Source: Escherichia coli
Lineage (GTDB): Bacteria > Pseudomonadota > Gammaproteobacteria > Enterobacterales > Enterobacteriaceae
Direction: 5' to 3' (one strand)
Length of the DNA stretch: 64,000 bases
Assembly (NCBI RefSeq): GCF_030384885.1
Contig: NZ_CP128613.1
In this document: positions 1 through 12,929 of the stretch, in pieces
Position numbering within the stretch: position 1 is the stretch's first letter
Layout: every line of letters starts with the position of its first letter
The notes under the pieces: generated by a model
Databases searched by the model: none
What the model was told of the DNA's origin: nothing
The model's input: the letters and a program-made list of their open reading frames with translations, nothing else
Position numbers and translations under genes: made by a program

Positions 1-1082
1 TTAACCATAAATCGAAGCCCGGAGGCGTCCGGGTTAGCCAGTGTGGTCAGAATAATCCCTTTGACACCACCATCAGGATTGGCTTTCGCAAGAATATACA
101 TAGCGGCTAATCGCATTGGGAATACATCCTGTGATAATCCCCATTCTGCCAGTTTTAAAATATTGGCATCATGAATGGAGTCCAGCCCGTATAAAGCTGC
201 CCGGCGCTGTGAGGGAGTATATTCAGTCGAGGTGACAACATGACGCCAGAATTGCACAACATCCATGACGTCATTAAGCATGTTTTTAGCGCGTAGACGG
301 ATCAACATATTGTTATCCAGCAGTAATGCGCTGTACAACGCCGGAGGAATTTCTATAGCTCGGTCAGTAAGGCTAAACAACGTTGCTTGTCGAATACGCG
401 GCCAGCGGTCTTTTAACAGACGAGTTAATACCGCTTCGCTTAACGGTAATTGTTGACGCAGCCAGTGGGTGACCGCCAGCATTCGTAAACCTTCGTCGGG
501 CTGCTTGAGTATTAAAAGCAGCGAAGATTCATCATTAAAGTAGCCATATTCAATCAGCGTTTGTAATACTGCGCGGGAGAGTTTTTTATCAGGGCAAGTA
601 AGCCAACACGTTAATTGTGGACGGCTATTTTCTGTCAATAAAAATCTAAGTATCTCGTCTACAAATGCACGGTGATCGTAACGCTGGCATTGGAGAAGGT
701 TACGTATCAAGGGAAGATTAACGGCAAATGCCGCTGCATTCTTATCCTTCTTTAAATGACGTAACGCTATGGTTGCAGCAAGGCGAACCTCTTTTACCCA
801 GTCATTAGCTGCAAGTAATAATTCTTCTATAGCTGCAACATCCTCTTTTTGTCCCAGACATTGCACGGCCTTTTCTCGTATATATCCATTGTGGTGATGG
901 GTAAGCTGGCAAAGAACCAGAGTATCGTTGAGATCACAATCATGCGCTATATAATTGCCTGGATCGGCTATCATCGACTGGAGTTGTTGCTGGATAAGAA
1001 ATAATTCACAGTCAACAGAATTATTCATTTCGACGTTAAACAAAACCCTGCGTGTAAATAATGTACGCAATCCTTTGAGCAT
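1..1082 (-). CDS. Hypothetical HEAT/ARM-like repeat protein, N-terminal ~360 aa; gene runs off the left edge of the window
   Basis: Manual reverse-complement translation from ATG at 1082 (RBS-like AAGGA about 5 nt upstream) gives a stop-free frame to position 1, beginning MLKGLRTLFTRRVLFNVEMNNSVDCELF. Repeated helical motifs such as AAIEELLLAANDWVKEVRLAATIALRHL look HEAT-like. Absent from the ORF track, presumably because no stop lies in the window. Sequence appears more AT-rich than the neighbouring core genes. Confidence 0.5.
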   Translation of the reverse strand, partial: MLKGLRTLFTRRVLFNVEMNNSVDCELFLIQQQLQSMIADPGNYIAHDCDLNDTLVLCQLTHHHNGYIREKAVQCLGQKEDVAAIEELLLAANDWVKEVRLAATIALRHLKKDKNAAAFAVNLPLIRNLLQCQRYDHRAFVDEILRFLLTENSRPQLTCWLTCPDKKLSRAVLQTLIEYGYFNDESSLLLILKQPDEGLRMLAVTHWLRQQLPLSEAVLTRLLKDRWPRIRQATLFSLTDRAIEIPPALYSALLLDNNMLIRLRAKNMLNDVMDVVQFWRHVVTSTEYTPSQRRAALYGLDSIHDANILKLAEWGLSQDVFPMRLAAMYILAKANPDGGVKGIILTTLANPDASGLRFMV

Positions 1083-1204
1083 AATTTTCCTTATCAGTTA
1101 TGAGGAGAAAACTCATTTCATGATTAATAATTTCCTGAGGGATAGTAACTCTGTGATGAGAGAAAATAAAGCCGGACGCCAACAACCTACGCCCGGCATC
1201 GTAA

Positions 1205-1537
1205 TTACGTATTGTCTTTCACCGTCTGGCTTGTGCCATTGGCTTTAACGGAGGCAATTCCGGTTTCACGAGATTGCGCGGTGGCGTACATCTGGCTGGA
1301 GCCGATAATTTGATGATTGGCGGCTTTCAGATTGAAATAGAATTTGCCGTTGCTTGCTGTTTTTTTCTCATAGCGTTCTTCTTGTGGGCTGTTGCTACGC
1401 ACTGACGCGATGCCCTTTTCCGCAGAGGCTTTTGAGGTATACAGCTCGCTGGTGAGGATAGTCTCACCATTGCCCGCTTTTAGCACAAACCGGAATTGAT
1501 TATCACTGCTCCTACTGAGTTCAAACCAACCAGCCAT
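1205..1537 (-). CDS. yegP: YegP, DUF1508 family protein (110 aa)
   Basis: Track ORF 1205..1576(-) contains MAGWFELSRSSDNQFRFVLKAGNGETILTSELYTSKASAEKGIAS, matching K-12 YegP as recalled. Start set at the internal ATG at 1537 to give 110 aa. Lies downstream of baeR as in K-12. Confidence 0.85.
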   Translation of the reverse strand: MAGWFELSRSSDNQFRFVLKAGNGETILTSELYTSKASAEKGIASVRSNSPQEERYEKKTASNGKFYFNLKAANHQIIGSSQMYATAQSRETGIASVKANGTSQTVKDNT

Positions 1538-1716
1538 AATGACTCCTTGATTGAAATTGCGTATCGAAAACAGCATCTAAAAGGACTGTTTGCCGATTAA
1601 AGTATGAGCGATTTTCAGGTGCTTGCCAGGGCGGAGAGATAATGTCAGATAGCCGACAATGCGCGGGATAATGCTGCCGGATGTGGCGTGAATGCCTTCT
1701 CCGGCAGGTAAAAATG

Positions 1717-2439
1717 TTAAACGATGCGGCAGGCGTCGGCTTCCCAGCGATAACCGACACCGTAGACGGCGCGGATAAAAGACTGCTCTTCGTCCAGAGC
1801 TTCCAGCTTGCGACGCAGGTTTTTAATGTGGCTGTCGATGGTGCGGTCAGTTACTACGCGGTAGTCGTCATAAAGATGATTGAGCAATTGCTCGCGGGAG
1901 AACACTTTTCCTGGTTCATGAGAGAGTGTTTTCAGCAGACGAAATTCCGCAGGCGTCAGGTCAAGCATTTTACCGCGCCATGAAGCCTGAAAACGACCTT
2001 CGTCGATAATCAACGGGCTTTCAGCATCCTGTTGCTGCAACTCACGCTGCGGTTTGCAACGGCGCAAAATGGTTTTGACGCGTGCTACCACTTCCCGTGG
2101 GCTGTACGGCTTGCAGATATAATCATCTGCGCCAATCTCCAGCCCGAGCAGGCGGTCGATCTCTTCGATTTTTGCTGTCACCATCACGATCGGAATGTCA
2201 GAAAAACGACGAATCTCCCGACACAACGTCAGGCCATCGGTGCCGGGGAGCATCAGATCCAACAGGATCAGATCCGGTGGTGTCTGGCGCACATATGGCA
2301 GTACCTGATCGCCGTGGCTGATAAGCGTCGGCGCATAGCTCGCAGCACGCAGATAATCAATAAGCAACTGCCCCAGCTTCGGTTCATCTTCCACGATCAA
2401 AATACGTGGCGTGTTTTCGTCGATTGGTAACTCGGTCAT
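1717..2439 (-). CDS. baeR: Two-component response regulator BaeR (OmpR family)
   Basis: 240 aa ORF with receiver domain ([28 protein letters not shown]) and winged-helix C-terminus. 4-bp overlap with upstream baeS. Confidence 0.95.
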   Translation of the reverse strand: MTELPIDENTPRILIVEDEPKLGQLLIDYLRAASYAPTLISHGDQVLPYVRQTPPDLILLDLMLPGTDGLTLCREIRRFSDIPIVMVTAKIEEIDRLLGLEIGADDYICKPYSPREVVARVKTILRRCKPQRELQQQDAESPLIIDEGRFQASWRGKMLDLTPAEFRLLKTLSHEPGKVFSREQLLNHLYDDYRVVTDRTIDSHIKNLRRKLEALDEEQSFIRAVYGVGYRWEADACRIV

Positions 2440-3839
2440 ACTTCTCTCTGTAAATCCCGTTCCAGCGGTAACTCTACTGTAATGCTTACCCCGCCAAAAG
2501 GCGAATGAGCGGCAACAATGCGACCATTATGTGCTTCAACAATGTTAAGACAAATCGCCAGCCCCAGGCCGGAACCGCCGCTGGCACGGTTGCGGGAACC
2601 TTCGGTGCGATAAAAACGCTCAAACAATTTTTGCAGTTGATCGTCACTAACGCCCGGTGCACTGTCGGCAAAGGTCAGGCGCACCGTTTTGTCATGTTGC
2701 TCGGCAGAGATATGCAGGCTGCCGCCGCTGTCGGTATAGCGCAGGCTGTTTTCCAGTAAGTTATTGAACAACTGCATTAAACGATCGCGATCGCCAAATA
2801 CGGTAATGCTGTCTGGCAGGGAAAATTTCAGTTTCAGCCCGCGGCTGGCGAAACGCTCACGAAATGCGCCACCCGCGACTTCCAGTAGCGGGATCAGATC
2901 CACCGACGATTTCTGGTAGGCGAGAGCGCCTTCATCAGACATCGACAATTGATGAAGATCATCCACCAGTTTGGTCAGTGTACCGACCTCTGCCTGTAAA
3001 GAAGCCACCGTCTCCGGCGTGAATTTACGCACGCCATCCTGAATAGCTTCCAGTTCGCCGCGCAGTACCGCTAAAGGCGTGCGCAGCTCGTGGGAGATAT
3101 CGGCCATAAAATCGCGGCGCATCTGTTGGTTTTTCTCCAGCGTGCTGGCGAGCTGGTTGAAGTCTTGCGCCAGTTTGCCCAATTCATCTTCACTGGTGGG
3201 CGTCACGCGAGTAGTGAAATCGCCCGCTGCCAGTTTGTGTGTACCGTCCACCAGTCGTTTGACCGGAGCCAGCAAACCGCGCGCCAGTGGGAATGTCGCC
3301 AGCGCCGCTAACAAGGTAGATAAAGCGACAATCAGCCAACTGGTTTGCCTCTGTTGTCTGTCAAAATTGATGTCGGTATTGCGGGTCAGTCGTTCAACAG
3401 GGGAGGCGATCACCGCACCCACTTCCGCCCCATTGACCATAATGGGCCGCCGTGTGCCGTCTGGTGGAATCGGTGCTCGCGGGCCAACCAGCACTTTGTT
3501 GTTTTGATCAACCACCCAGAATTGCGTGCGCCAACCGTGTGGCGGCATACCGGGGCCGGGCTTATCTTCGTTGTTATCATGCTCCAGCGAACGTAGGATC
3601 TGAAATACAAAGCGATCGTTATTACGCAGGAAGCGCCAGTTCCCGTGCTGGGCGTACTGCTCACCAAGCGCATCGCCGAGCATTTGCAGCCGTTGTTCAT
3701 TTCCATGCTTGATGTAATCGATAAAGCCGCGCTCAAAACTGATACGTACCGCCCAGTGCATCGTGATCAATAAGACAATGCAGGTGGCGAAAATCGCCAG
3801 AAACAGTTTGCCGGTAATACCGGGTCGCCAGAATTTCAT
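2436..3839 (-). CDS. baeS: Sensor histidine kinase BaeS
   Basis: 467 aa ORF; N-terminal TM segment, HAMP region, H-box [12 protein letters not shown], ATPase G-box GGSGLGLAI. Position matches the mdtABCD-baeSR operon. Confidence 0.95.
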   Translation of the reverse strand: MKFWRPGITGKLFLAIFATCIVLLITMHWAVRISFERGFIDYIKHGNEQRLQMLGDALGEQYAQHGNWRFLRNNDRFVFQILRSLEHDNNEDKPGPGMPPHGWRTQFWVVDQNNKVLVGPRAPIPPDGTRRPIMVNGAEVGAVIASPVERLTRNTDINFDRQQRQTSWLIVALSTLLAALATFPLARGLLAPVKRLVDGTHKLAAGDFTTRVTPTSEDELGKLAQDFNQLASTLEKNQQMRRDFMADISHELRTPLAVLRGELEAIQDGVRKFTPETVASLQAEVGTLTKLVDDLHQLSMSDEGALAYQKSSVDLIPLLEVAGGAFRERFASRGLKLKFSLPDSITVFGDRDRLMQLFNNLLENSLRYTDSGGSLHISAEQHDKTVRLTFADSAPGVSDDQLQKLFERFYRTEGSRNRASGGSGLGLAICLNIVEAHNGRIVAAHSPFGGVSITVELPLERDLQREV

Positions 3840-5251
3840 TGCGCGCTCCTTTTTCGCCGCGAAATAGCGACATTTTGATGCGTATCGTTCGGCACTCTGG
3901 CAAAGATAAACGCCGGAAGGGCGATGATAAACGCCATGCTAAGCCAGGTGTACATAAAGACGGTTTGTGTGGTGCTGCTGTCTACACTGACATGCTGTGA
4001 ACCAAAAAGCCCCAGCAACAGCCCGGCGATGGTGACGCCGATACTCATCGATAATTGCATAATCATCGACAGCAGGCTGTTGCCGCTGCTCGCCAGATTG
4101 TCTGGTAGATCTTTCAGCGTCAGGGTGTTCATGGAGGAGAAACGTGTCGAGTTGACCATTCCTTGTAAAAACAGGACGAACGGCAAAACGTAGTACCAGC
4201 CCAGCAGCGCGGTAGTCATAAACAGCAGGGTGACCAGCGACAGGCCCAGCGTGGTCGCCACCAGTACCCGACGATAACCAAAGCGATTCACTACCTGCAC
4301 TACAACTCGCTTCATTCCCATGCTGCCGAGCACCATCGGGATCATCATCAATCCGGCATGAAACGGCGAGAAACCGAGGCCAATCTGTAAGAAAACCGGT
4401 GTCATAAAGGGCAACATGCCACTGCCGATACGTCCGGCAAAGCTCCCCGCCAGGCCCAGCGAAAAGGTACGAGTGCGGAACAGTTTCAGACTGAACAGGG
4501 CGCGGTTGTTATTTCTGGCGTGCAGCAGATAAAGCACCAGTGCCACCACGCCAATCGCTGCCAGTCCGGCAATCGCCAGCGGCGATAAACCTGTACCTTT
4601 ACTGCCATCCAGCGCCAGCGTTAATACCGCCATGCCGACTGCCAGCAATAAAAAACCGGAGAGATCGAAACGCCGCGTCTGCATGGTGTAGTTTGGCATT
4701 AACATCAGCGTGGCGATCGCACCGATAATCCCTACCGGAATGTTGATCAAAAAGATCCAGTGCCAGGACGCGTATTCCACCAGCAGGCCGCCGAGCGCCG
4801 GACCAAGCAGCGGACCGACTTGCCCGGGCAGCGTAACAAAGGTCATCGCCGCCATATATTGCTCGCGCGGTACAATTTTCATCACCGTCAACCTGCCAAC
4901 CGGCACCATCATCGCGCCGCCAACGCCCTGTAACGCGCGTGCCAGCAACAGTTCGTTTAGCGTGCCGGAAAGCGCGCAAAACAGTGAACCGAGAGTAAAC
5001 AGTACGATGGCGGTAAAGAAAATATTGCGCACGCCGACTTTGTCCGCCAGCCAGCCGCTGGCGGGCAGCATCACCGCCACGGTCAGTACATAAGAGACAA
5101 TGACCATGTGCATATGCAACGGACTTTCCCCAAGGCTTTGCGCCATTGAGGGAAGGGCGGTGTTTACGATGGTGGTGTCCAGCGACTGCATAAAGAAGCC
5201 GAAAGCCACAATCCACAATTGCCAGCGGGTGCTGTCGGGAAGATCTGTCAT
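3836..5251 (-). CDS. mdtD: MFS transporter MdtD
   Basis: 471 aa hydrophobic multi-TM ORF, N-terminus [34 protein letters not shown]; follows mdtC and precedes baeS. Confidence 0.93.
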   Translation of the reverse strand: MTDLPDSTRWQLWIVAFGFFMQSLDTTIVNTALPSMAQSLGESPLHMHMVIVSYVLTVAVMLPASGWLADKVGVRNIFFTAIVLFTLGSLFCALSGTLNELLLARALQGVGGAMMVPVGRLTVMKIVPREQYMAAMTFVTLPGQVGPLLGPALGGLLVEYASWHWIFLINIPVGIIGAIATLMLMPNYTMQTRRFDLSGFLLLAVGMAVLTLALDGSKGTGLSPLAIAGLAAIGVVALVLYLLHARNNNRALFSLKLFRTRTFSLGLAGSFAGRIGSGMLPFMTPVFLQIGLGFSPFHAGLMMIPMVLGSMGMKRVVVQVVNRFGYRRVLVATTLGLSLVTLLFMTTALLGWYYVLPFVLFLQGMVNSTRFSSMNTLTLKDLPDNLASSGNSLLSMIMQLSMSIGVTIAGLLLGLFGSQHVSVDSSTTQTVFMYTWLSMAFIIALPAFIFARVPNDTHQNVAISRRKRSAQ

Positions 5252-8200
5252 TTACTCAGTTACCGTTTGTTTAGGTTTACGCGAAAAACGCAGCCGCAGA
5301 CGGTCAAAAAAGAGATACACCACCGGCGTGGTATACAGCGTCAGGAGCTGGCTCATTACCAGACCGCCGACAATGGTGATCCCCAGGGGTTGGCGCAGCT
5401 CCGAGCCGTCACCGCCCGACAATACCAGCGGCAGCGCACCAAACAGCGCCGCCAGGGTAGTCATCATAATCGGGCGAAAACGCAGCAGACAGGCCTGGAA
5501 AATAGCTTCCTGCGGCGTCAGGTTACCGTGCCGTTGGGCTTCGAGCGCAAAATCGACCATCATAATGGCGTTTTTCTTCACGATGCCGATTAATAGCATG
5601 ATCCCTATCAGGGCGATTAGGCTGAACGGGGCATTGAACAGCTCCAGCGCCAACAGCGCTCCAACGCCCGCCGAGGGCAGGGTGGAGAGAATCGTCAGTG
5701 GATGCACGTAACTCTCGTAAAGGATACCCAGCACGATATACACCGTGGCGATGGCTGCGATAATCAGGATCACCTGCGAGTTCATCGTCTCCTGGAATAC
5801 CTGCGCTGTTCCGGCAAAACTGCCGCGCACCGTCGAAGGCACACCTAGCTGGGTCATTGCGCGGTCAATCGCCGCACTGGCGTCCGAGAGCGATTTTCCG
5901 GTCGGCAAGTTGAACGAGATGGTCGAGGCCGCCGATAATCCCTGATGATTCACCGACAGCGGGGCATTCGCCGGTTGCCATTTAGCGAAATATGACAGAG
6001 GGATCGCTTTTCCTTCGTTATTAATGACAAACATTTTTTCCAGTGCACTGATGTCCTGGGTATAGCGCGGATCCACTTCCATCACCACTTTATACTGGTT
6101 CATGGGCTGGTAAATGGTCGAGATTTGCCGCTGACCGAAGGCGTTATTCAACAGGCTGTTGGCGGCCTGCACGTCGATTCCCAGCCGTGCCATGGTATCG
6201 CGGTCGTAAACCAGATTCATCTCCGCGCCGTTATCCTGCTGGTCGGAATTCACGTCCGCCAGTTCCGGCAATGTCGCCAGTTTTTTGCGGATTTTCGGCT
6301 CCCATTCGCGCAGCGCCGCCAGGTCGTCGGAGAGCAACGTATACTGGTAACTGGCGTTCGACTGACGTCCGCCAACGCGAATATCCTGTACCGCCATCAG
6401 GAACAGATTCGCCCCCGGTTCTTTCGCCAGCTTCACCCGCAGACGGTCGATAATTTGCTGCGCCGTTTCGCTGCGCTCGTCGCGCGGTTTGAGAGTGATA
6501 AACATCATCCCACTGTTCACCCGCGAGCCACCGGTAAAGCCGGTGACATTATCCACTGCCGGATCGTCACGGATAATTTTCATAAAATCCTGCAACTTAC
6601 CACGCATCGCCTGAAACGAAATACTCTGATCCGCCTGTATCCCGCCCATCAACACGCCGGTGTCCTGCTCCGGGAAGAAGGTTTTCGGGATCGAGATATA
6701 CAGCCAGATATTCAAAGCAATGGTGCCAAGCAGCACCACGCCCACCAGACGGGTATGATTAAGCACCCATTTCAGTGACTTGCCGTAGCTTTGTTGCAGG
6801 GCTACCAACATGCGACCAAAACCACGCAGACGCTTTTGCTCGCGCGGCTTGCTGGCTTTTAGCATCCAGCCGCACATCATCGGCGTTAACGTCAGGGAAA
6901 CCAGCAACGAAATACCAATGGCGACAGAAAGCGTCACGGCAAATTCGCGTAACAGTCGGCCCGGCAATCCGCCCATCAACAGCAGCGGCAGGAACACCGC
7001 CACCAGTGACAGACTCATCGACAGTACCGTAAAGCCGACTTCGCGAGTACCTTGCAGCGCGGCCTGTAGCGGTTTCATCCCCGCTTCCAGATGACGGGCA
7101 ATGTTTTCCAGCACTACGATGGCGTCATCCACCACGAAACCAGTAGCGATGGTGAGCGCCATTAACGAAAGATTATTGAGACTGAAACCGCACAGGTACA
7201 TCGCCGCAAACGTACCAATCAGCGAAACCGGCACCGCAACGGCGGGAATAATTGTGGCGCGACCCGAGCGCAGGAATAAAAAGACCACCAGAATCACCAG
7301 TGCCACCGAGATAATCAGCGTTTGCTCGACTTCTTCCAGCGAGGCGCAAATGGTGGGGGAGCGATCCTGGGCAATTTGCAGATCAATCGCCGCCGGAATG
7401 GTCTCCTGCAACTCCGGTAATTTTGCCCGGATGCTGTCAACCGTCTGGATAATATTGGCTTCCGGCAGCTTGCGGATCATCAGCAAAATAGCCGGTTTGG
7501 CGTTGGTCATCCCGGCGTTGCGCACATCCTGCACTGAGTCGGTCACCGTCGCTACATCGCCCAGACGAACCGCGCCGCCGTTGTTGTAATGAATAATCAG
7601 CGGCTGATATTCAGCGGCGGTTTTCAGTTCATCGTTAGTCTGGATCTGCCAGCGGTGAGTGCCATCTTCCAGCGCCCCCTGCGGTTTACGCACGTTGGCA
7701 TTGCTGATGGCAGTGCGTACGTCGTCCAGCGACACGCCCTGATTAAATAGCGCCTGCGGGTTCAGCCCAACGCGCACAGCGGGCAACGAGCTGCCGCCGA
7801 CATCGACATCACCGACACCGTCGATTTGCGAAATTGTCGGAGCCAGTTGCGTCGAGGCGAAATCGTACAGTTCACCCTGCGAATAAGTATCGGATGTCAG
7901 CGTCAGGATCATAATTGGCGCATCCGAAGGATTCGCTTTGCGATAGGTCGGACGGCTTGGCATTCCGCTGGGCAGCAAACTTTGCGCGGCGTTGATCGCC
8001 GCCTGCACATCGCGCGCCGCGCCGTTGATATCCCGGTCAAAATCAAACTGCAAAATAATACGCGTGCTGCCAAGCGAACTGCTGGAGGTCATTTCACTGA
8101 CCCCGGCGATGCGCCCAAGTGAGCGCTCCAGCGGCGTGGCGACGGAAGACGCCATTGTCTCCGGCGATGCACCGGGCAGCGAGGCGCTGACCATGATCAC

Positions 8201-8329
8201 CGGAAAATCGACCTGCGGCAGCGGGGCGACCGGCAGCATACGGAAGCCCAGTATGCCGCACAGGGTAATGGCAACCGACAGTAAAATCGTCGCCACCGGG
8301 CGGTAAATGAAGAGGGCAAAAAACTTCAC
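5252..8329 (-). CDS. mdtC: RND multidrug efflux pump subunit MdtC
   Basis: 1025 aa ORF, RND/AcrB-like, N-terminus [29 protein letters not shown]; length matches K-12 MdtC. Confidence 0.95.
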   Translation of the reverse strand: MKFFALFIYRPVATILLSVAITLCGILGFRMLPVAPLPQVDFPVIMVSASLPGASPETMASSVATPLERSLGRIAGVSEMTSSSSLGSTRIILQFDFDRDINGAARDVQAAINAAQSLLPSGMPSRPTYRKANPSDAPIMILTLTSDTYSQGELYDFASTQLAPTISQIDGVGDVDVGGSSLPAVRVGLNPQALFNQGVSLDDVRTAISNANVRKPQGALEDGTHRWQIQTNDELKTAAEYQPLIIHYNNGGAVRLGDVATVTDSVQDVRNAGMTNAKPAILLMIRKLPEANIIQTVDSIRAKLPELQETIPAAIDLQIAQDRSPTICASLEEVEQTLIISVALVILVVFLFLRSGRATIIPAVAVPVSLIGTFAAMYLCGFSLNNLSLMALTIATGFVVDDAIVVLENIARHLEAGMKPLQAALQGTREVGFTVLSMSLSLVAVFLPLLLMGGLPGRLLREFAVTLSVAIGISLLVSLTLTPMMCGWMLKASKPREQKRLRGFGRMLVALQQSYGKSLKWVLNHTRLVGVVLLGTIALNIWLYISIPKTFFPEQDTGVLMGGIQADQSISFQAMRGKLQDFMKIIRDDPAVDNVTGFTGGSRVNSGMMFITLKPRDERSETAQQIIDRLRVKLAKEPGANLFLMAVQDIRVGGRQSNASYQYTLLSDDLAALREWEPKIRKKLATLPELADVNSDQQDNGAEMNLVYDRDTMARLGIDVQAANSLLNNAFGQRQISTIYQPMNQYKVVMEVDPRYTQDISALEKMFVINNEGKAIPLSYFAKWQPANAPLSVNHQGLSAASTISFNLPTGKSLSDASAAIDRAMTQLGVPSTVRGSFAGTAQVFQETMNSQVILIIAAIATVYIVLGILYESYVHPLTILSTLPSAGVGALLALELFNAPFSLIALIGIMLLIGIVKKNAIMMVDFALEAQRHGNLTPQEAIFQACLLRFRPIMMTTLAALFGALPLVLSGGDGSELRQPLGITIVGGLVMSQLLTLYTTPVVYLFFDRLRLRFSRKPKQTVTE

Positions 8330-11300
8330 TTACGCCTCCTCTTCATGACGAGCAAAGCGGCTTTTGGTCCACAATGCCAGGCGGTCGAACAGCAAATAAA
8401 TCACCGGCGTGGTAAACAGCGTCAGCACCTGGCTGACTATCAGACCGCCGACCATGCCGATACCTAACGGACGACGCAGTTCCGCGCCGACCCCGGTACT
8501 TAACATCAGCGGCAACGCGCCAAGCAGAGCCGCCAGAGTGGTCATCAGGATCGGACGAAAACGCAACAGACAGGCCTGGTAAATTGCATCGCGCGGCGAC
8601 ATGCCTTGCTCGCGCTCGGCAGCCAGCGCGAAGTCGATCATCATGATGGCGTTTTTCTTCACAATACCGATCAGCAAAATAATGCCGATGATGGCGATCA
8701 CATCCAGCTCACTTCCGGCAATCATTAGCGCCAGCAGTGCGCCAACACCTGCCGTTGGCAACGTCGAGAGAATGGTGATCGGGTGGATAAAGCTCTCGTA
8801 CAGAATGCCGAGCACGATATACATCGCCACCACCGCTGCGACAATCAGCCAGACAGTGCTGCCCAATGCCGACTGGAAGGCGAGGGTGCTGCCCTGGAAT
8901 TGTGTGGTGATATCCACCGGCAGATTCAGCGTCTTTTCGGTGTCCATAATCGCCTGCACCGCATCACCGAGAGAATAGTTATCCGGCACGTTAAAGGAGA
9001 TGGTCGTTACCGGGAACTGATCCAGATGGTTGATGGAGAGCGGCGCAAAACGCTGCTCAATTTTGGCAATTGAGCTTAGCGGCACCACGCCACCGTCGCT
9101 GCTGGTCAGGCGGATAGTATCCAGCGCCGCGAGGCCTGGGGTATTTTCGGTATTGTGCTCCAGCACCACGCGATACTGGTTAGCCTGAGTATAAATGGTG
9201 GAAATCAGTCGCTGACCAAACGCGTTGTACAGGGCGTTATCGACGTCCGCCATGCTGATCCCCAGACGGCTGGCGCTGTCGCGATCAACGTTGACATACG
9301 CCACCAGCCCTTGGTCCTGCCAGTCGCTGGAGACATCAGAAAGCTGTGGCAGCTGCTGGAGTTTTTCCACGAGTTGCGGCACCCAGGTGCTGAGCGCATC
9401 CAGCGATGTGGCCTGCAAGGTAAACTGGTACTGGGTGCGGCTGACCTGAGTATCGATAGTCAGATCCTGCGTTGGTTGAAGGAAGAGATCGACACCCGGC
9501 ACTTTATCTACTGCCGTTTGCAAACGGGCGATGACTTTTTGCACCCGATCATCACGTTCATCCAACGGTTTGAGGTTGATCTGTAAACGCGCACTGTTCA
9601 GCGACGGGTTAGTACCATCAACGCCAACAAATGAGGTCAGGCTTTGCACCGCCGGGTCCTGCAAAATCACATCAGCGACCTGACGTTGCCGCTGGGCCAT
9701 ATTGGCAAAGGAGCTGGATTGCGGTGCCTGCAAGGTGCCCTGAATAATGCCGTTGTCCTGTACCGGGAAGAAACCTTTCGGAATGAACACCCATAAGAGA
9801 ACGCTAAGCAGCAGCGTGCTGAGCGCTACGCTTAAAGTCAGCCACGGATGATTCAGCACTTTCGCCAGTCCACGACCATAGGCGGCAATTATCCTGTCGA
9901 ACATTTTTTCCGAGGCCCGGGAGAAGCGGTTCTGTTTACGCAGCGACTCCTGGCTGAGCATCCGCGCGCACATCATCGGTGTCAGGGTCAGCGACACCAC
10001 GGCTGAGATCAAAATCGCTACCGCCAGGGTAATGGCAAATTCGCGGAACAGTCGCCCGACGATATCGCCCATAAACAGCAGCGGGATCAGCACTGCAATC
10101 AGAGAGAAAGTCAGTGAGATAATGGTAAAACCGATTTCACCTGCGCCCTTGAGCGCCGCTGCCAGTGGTTTTTCGCCTTTTTCGATATAGCGGGAAATGT
10201 TTTCGATCACCACGATGGCGTCGTCGACAACGAATCCGGTGGCGATGGTTAACGCCATCAGCGTCAGGTTATTGATCGAAAAATCGAGAAACACCATGAC
10301 CGCGAAGGTGCCGATTAACGACAGCGGCACGGCGACGCCAGGAATGATGGTCGCCGGAATATTGCGCAGAAACAGGTAGATAATCATGACTACCAGCGCG
10401 ATAGCCATCATCAGTTCAAACTGGGTATCGTCGACTGATGCGCGGATATTGGTAGTGCGATCGGAAAGTACCGTCACTTTTACCGATTTCGGCAGACTCT
10501 CGGTAAGCTGTGGCAGCATCTGCCGAATGCTGTCGGCGGTAGAGATAATGTTAGCACCGGGCTGGCGCTGAACATTCATCACAATGGCCTGTTCTTTGTT
10601 CGCCCATGCGCCAAGCCAATTGTTTTCTGCGCCTTGTTCAACGGTTGCGACATCACCAAGACGAATCGGCGCGCCGTTCTGGTAGGCGATAATCAACTGG
10701 CGATATTCATCCGCAGATTGCATCTGGTCGTTCGCGGAAAGCGTGACCGCGCGGGAAGGGCCGTCGAGGCTACCTTTAGCCGAGTTAACGTTAGCGCCGG
10801 TAATGGCGGTGCGCACGGTTTCGCTGGTCAGGCCGAGGGCGGCAATCGCCTGGGCGTTAAGTTTGACGCGAACAGCCGGACGCTGACCGCCGGAAAGCGT
10901 CACCAGCCCGACGCCGGAAATCTGCGAGATCTTCTGCGCGACGCGGGTTTCCACCATATCTTCCACTTGGGTCATCGGCATGGCGGTTGAGGTGACGGCA
11001 AGCGTCATGATTGGCGGATCTGCCGGGTTCACTTTGCTGTAAACCGGCGGGTTAGGCAGATCGCTCGGCAACAAGTTGGTCGCAGCGTTAATCGCGGCCT
11101 GCACTTCCTGCTCGGCGACATCCAGCGGTAATGTTAGCTGGAACTGCAAAGTGATAACTGACGCGCCGCCGGAACTTTGCGACGACATCTGTTTCAGGCC
11201 GGACATCTGCCCGAACTGGCGTTCGAGCGGTGCGGTAACGGCAGAGGTCATGACATCCGGGCTGGCACCTGGGTAGAGGGTGACCACCTGAATGGTTGGA

Positions 11301-11452
11301 TAGTCCACTTCCGGCAGCGCCGAAACGGGCAGGGCACGATAACCGATAATCCCGGCGAGTAAGATCGCCACCATCAGCAGCGTAGTGGCGACAGGACGCA
11401 TAATAAACAGGCGCGACGGGCCGCCTGTGCTGCTCGGGGGTAACACCTGCAT
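8330..11452 (-). CDS. mdtB: RND multidrug efflux pump subunit MdtB
   Basis: 1040 aa RND-family ORF; stop overlaps the mdtA start and it abuts mdtC, typical of coupled mdtABC. Confidence 0.95.
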   Translation of the reverse strand: MQVLPPSSTGGPSRLFIMRPVATTLLMVAILLAGIIGYRALPVSALPEVDYPTIQVVTLYPGASPDVMTSAVTAPLERQFGQMSGLKQMSSQSSGGASVITLQFQLTLPLDVAEQEVQAAINAATNLLPSDLPNPPVYSKVNPADPPIMTLAVTSTAMPMTQVEDMVETRVAQKISQISGVGLVTLSGGQRPAVRVKLNAQAIAALGLTSETVRTAITGANVNSAKGSLDGPSRAVTLSANDQMQSADEYRQLIIAYQNGAPIRLGDVATVEQGAENNWLGAWANKEQAIVMNVQRQPGANIISTADSIRQMLPQLTESLPKSVKVTVLSDRTTNIRASVDDTQFELMMAIALVVMIIYLFLRNIPATIIPGVAVPLSLIGTFAVMVFLDFSINNLTLMALTIATGFVVDDAIVVIENISRYIEKGEKPLAAALKGAGEIGFTIISLTFSLIAVLIPLLFMGDIVGRLFREFAITLAVAILISAVVSLTLTPMMCARMLSQESLRKQNRFSRASEKMFDRIIAAYGRGLAKVLNHPWLTLSVALSTLLLSVLLWVFIPKGFFPVQDNGIIQGTLQAPQSSSFANMAQRQRQVADVILQDPAVQSLTSFVGVDGTNPSLNSARLQINLKPLDERDDRVQKVIARLQTAVDKVPGVDLFLQPTQDLTIDTQVSRTQYQFTLQATSLDALSTWVPQLVEKLQQLPQLSDVSSDWQDQGLVAYVNVDRDSASRLGISMADVDNALYNAFGQRLISTIYTQANQYRVVLEHNTENTPGLAALDTIRLTSSDGGVVPLSSIAKIEQRFAPLSINHLDQFPVTTISFNVPDNYSLGDAVQAIMDTEKTLNLPVDITTQFQGSTLAFQSALGSTVWLIVAAVVAMYIVLGILYESFIHPITILSTLPTAGVGALLALMIAGSELDVIAIIGIILLIGIVKKNAIMMIDFALAAEREQGMSPRDAIYQACLLRFRPILMTTLAALLGALPLMLSTGVGAELRRPLGIGMVGGLIVSQVLTLFTTPVIYLLFDRLALWTKSRFARHEEEA

Positions 11453-12699
11453 CAGGAGCGTGCTCCTTTTTTCGCGTATTCGCGGCTGGTGGCTTTCTCT
11501 TCCGAAGTGGTGGCGCTTTGAGCTTCAACCACTTCCACTTTCGCCCCTTCGGTCAGACGATCAATGCCATCCGTCACTACGCGGTCGCCTGCAGAAATAC
11601 CTGCGCGGATCACCACTTTCTGACTGTCCTGAATGCCCGGCGTCACCAGATGTTTGCTGACCTTGTTTTCGCTATTCAGCACCCAGACAAAATGGCCTTC
11701 GTTGCCCATTTGCAGGGCGGCGGTGGGGATCACCACGGCGTTTTGTTCGGTGTCGACTAACATGCGCGCGTTAACAAACTGATTGGGAAACAGCGCATCA
11801 TCCTGATTATTAAAGCGTGCTTTCACTTTAATCGTACCGGTAGTGGCATCGATTTGGTTATCGAGACTTAACAGCGTGCCTTCACTTAATTTCTTCGAGT
11901 TGGTGCGATCCCAGGCTTCAACAACCAGCGGTTTTCCGGCTTTTTGCGCCTGTACTACGGTAGCGATATCGCTTTCCGGCAGGGTAAAGAGCAAATCGAT
12001 AGGATGCGTCTGGGTGATCACCACAATCCCGGTGGTATCACCACTGGAGATTTGGTTACCAACATCAACCTGCTTGAGACCAACGCGACCATCGACTGGT
12101 GCGGTGATGCGGCTCCAGTCGAGTTGCAGCTGTGCGCTGGCGACGCTCGCTTCATCAGCCTTAATGGTACCTTCGGTTTCACTGACCAGCGCCTGTTGGG
12201 CATCCAATTCCTGACGGGAGACGAGATTGGTTTTTGCCAGTTGCTGATAACGCGCTAAATCACGGCGGGCGTTGGCTAGTGTGGCTTTATCTTTTGCCAG
12301 TTGCCCCTGAGCTTGTGCTAATGCAACTTTGAACTGGCTGGGGTCAATTTCTGCCAGTAAATCGCCTGCTTTGACCTGCTGACCCTCCTGGAAATGTAAT
12401 GCCATCAGTTGACCATCTACGCGACTGCGCACCGTAACGGTGTTAGCAGCGGTAATCGTACCAAGCCCGGTGAGGTAACGCGGAACCGCCTGTTCCACGG
12501 CAGTTGCTGCCTGAACCGGGGCCAATGGGCCGGAACGCATACCACGGCGGCCACCGGCTGGCGACTGCTGTGCTTGCTTCGTCGCACCTGGCGCTGCGCT
12601 CTGGGATTCATTGCGGCCTTGCCAGAACCAGAAAGCGGCGATGGCGGCGATAACCACCACGATTACGATTACCCAACGGGATTTATAACTGCCTTTCAT
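11452..12699 (-). CDS. mdtA: Membrane fusion (periplasmic adaptor) protein MdtA
   Basis: Track ORF 11452..12846(-) is 464 aa; start trimmed to the internal ATG at 12699 ([16 protein letters not shown]) to give the 415 aa K-12 length. HlyD/AcrA-like coiled-coil and barrel region. Confidence 0.9.
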   Translation of the reverse strand: MKGSYKSRWVIVIVVVIAAIAAFWFWQGRNESQSAAPGATKQAQQSPAGGRRGMRSGPLAPVQAATAVEQAVPRYLTGLGTITAANTVTVRSRVDGQLMALHFQEGQQVKAGDLLAEIDPSQFKVALAQAQGQLAKDKATLANARRDLARYQQLAKTNLVSRQELDAQQALVSETEGTIKADEASVASAQLQLDWSRITAPVDGRVGLKQVDVGNQISSGDTTGIVVITQTHPIDLLFTLPESDIATVVQAQKAGKPLVVEAWDRTNSKKLSEGTLLSLDNQIDATTGTIKVKARFNNQDDALFPNQFVNARMLVDTEQNAVVIPTAALQMGNEGHFVWVLNSENKVSKHLVTPGIQDSQKVVIRAGISAGDRVVTDGIDRLTEGAKVEVVEAQSATTSEEKATSREYAKKGARS

Positions 12700-12752
12700 C
12701 GTTAAGAGTTTCTCTTCCTGAAACGTTTCGCGGAATGATACTAGTGTAGCCA

Positions 12753-12771
12753 GCCAATAAGGGAGAAAAAT
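12753..12771 (-). promoter_or_regulatory. Candidate BaeR box upstream of mdtA
   Basis: Minus-strand sequence TTTTTCTCCCTTATTGGC about 55-70 nt upstream of the mdtA start resembles the BaeR consensus TTTTTCTCCATDATTGGC as recalled. Confidence 0.45.
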
Positions 12772-12929
12772 GGAGGAATTATGAAACACTGTCGGGAATC
12801 GTCTGAATGACGGGCACTTTTGCGAGCACGCATCCAGTAATAACACAGGAAACTATTTTATCTACGCGTTAGCGATAGACTGCATTCAGGGCAAAAGGAG
12901 GTAGGCCGACGATTTCAGCGGGACGCTGA

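Noticed and set aside
955-1248. 97-aa plus-strand ORF spanning the gap between the HEAT-repeat gene and yegP
   Set aside because: Overlaps two better-supported minus-strand genes and their intergenic terminator; no RBS or recognisable domain.
6125-6778. 217-aa plus-strand ORF inside mdtC (and similar antisense ORFs within mdtB, mdtC and mdtD, e.g. 7101..7589, 9155..9586, 4599..5216)
   Set aside because: Antisense or off-frame to long intact efflux genes; such open frames are typical of GC-rich coding antisense strands and show no motifs or RBS.
11452-12846. Full 464-aa extent of the mdtA ORF from the track
   Set aside because: The first 49 codons have no signal-anchor character; the internal ATG at 12699 gives the [12 protein letters not shown] membrane anchor and the expected 415 aa.
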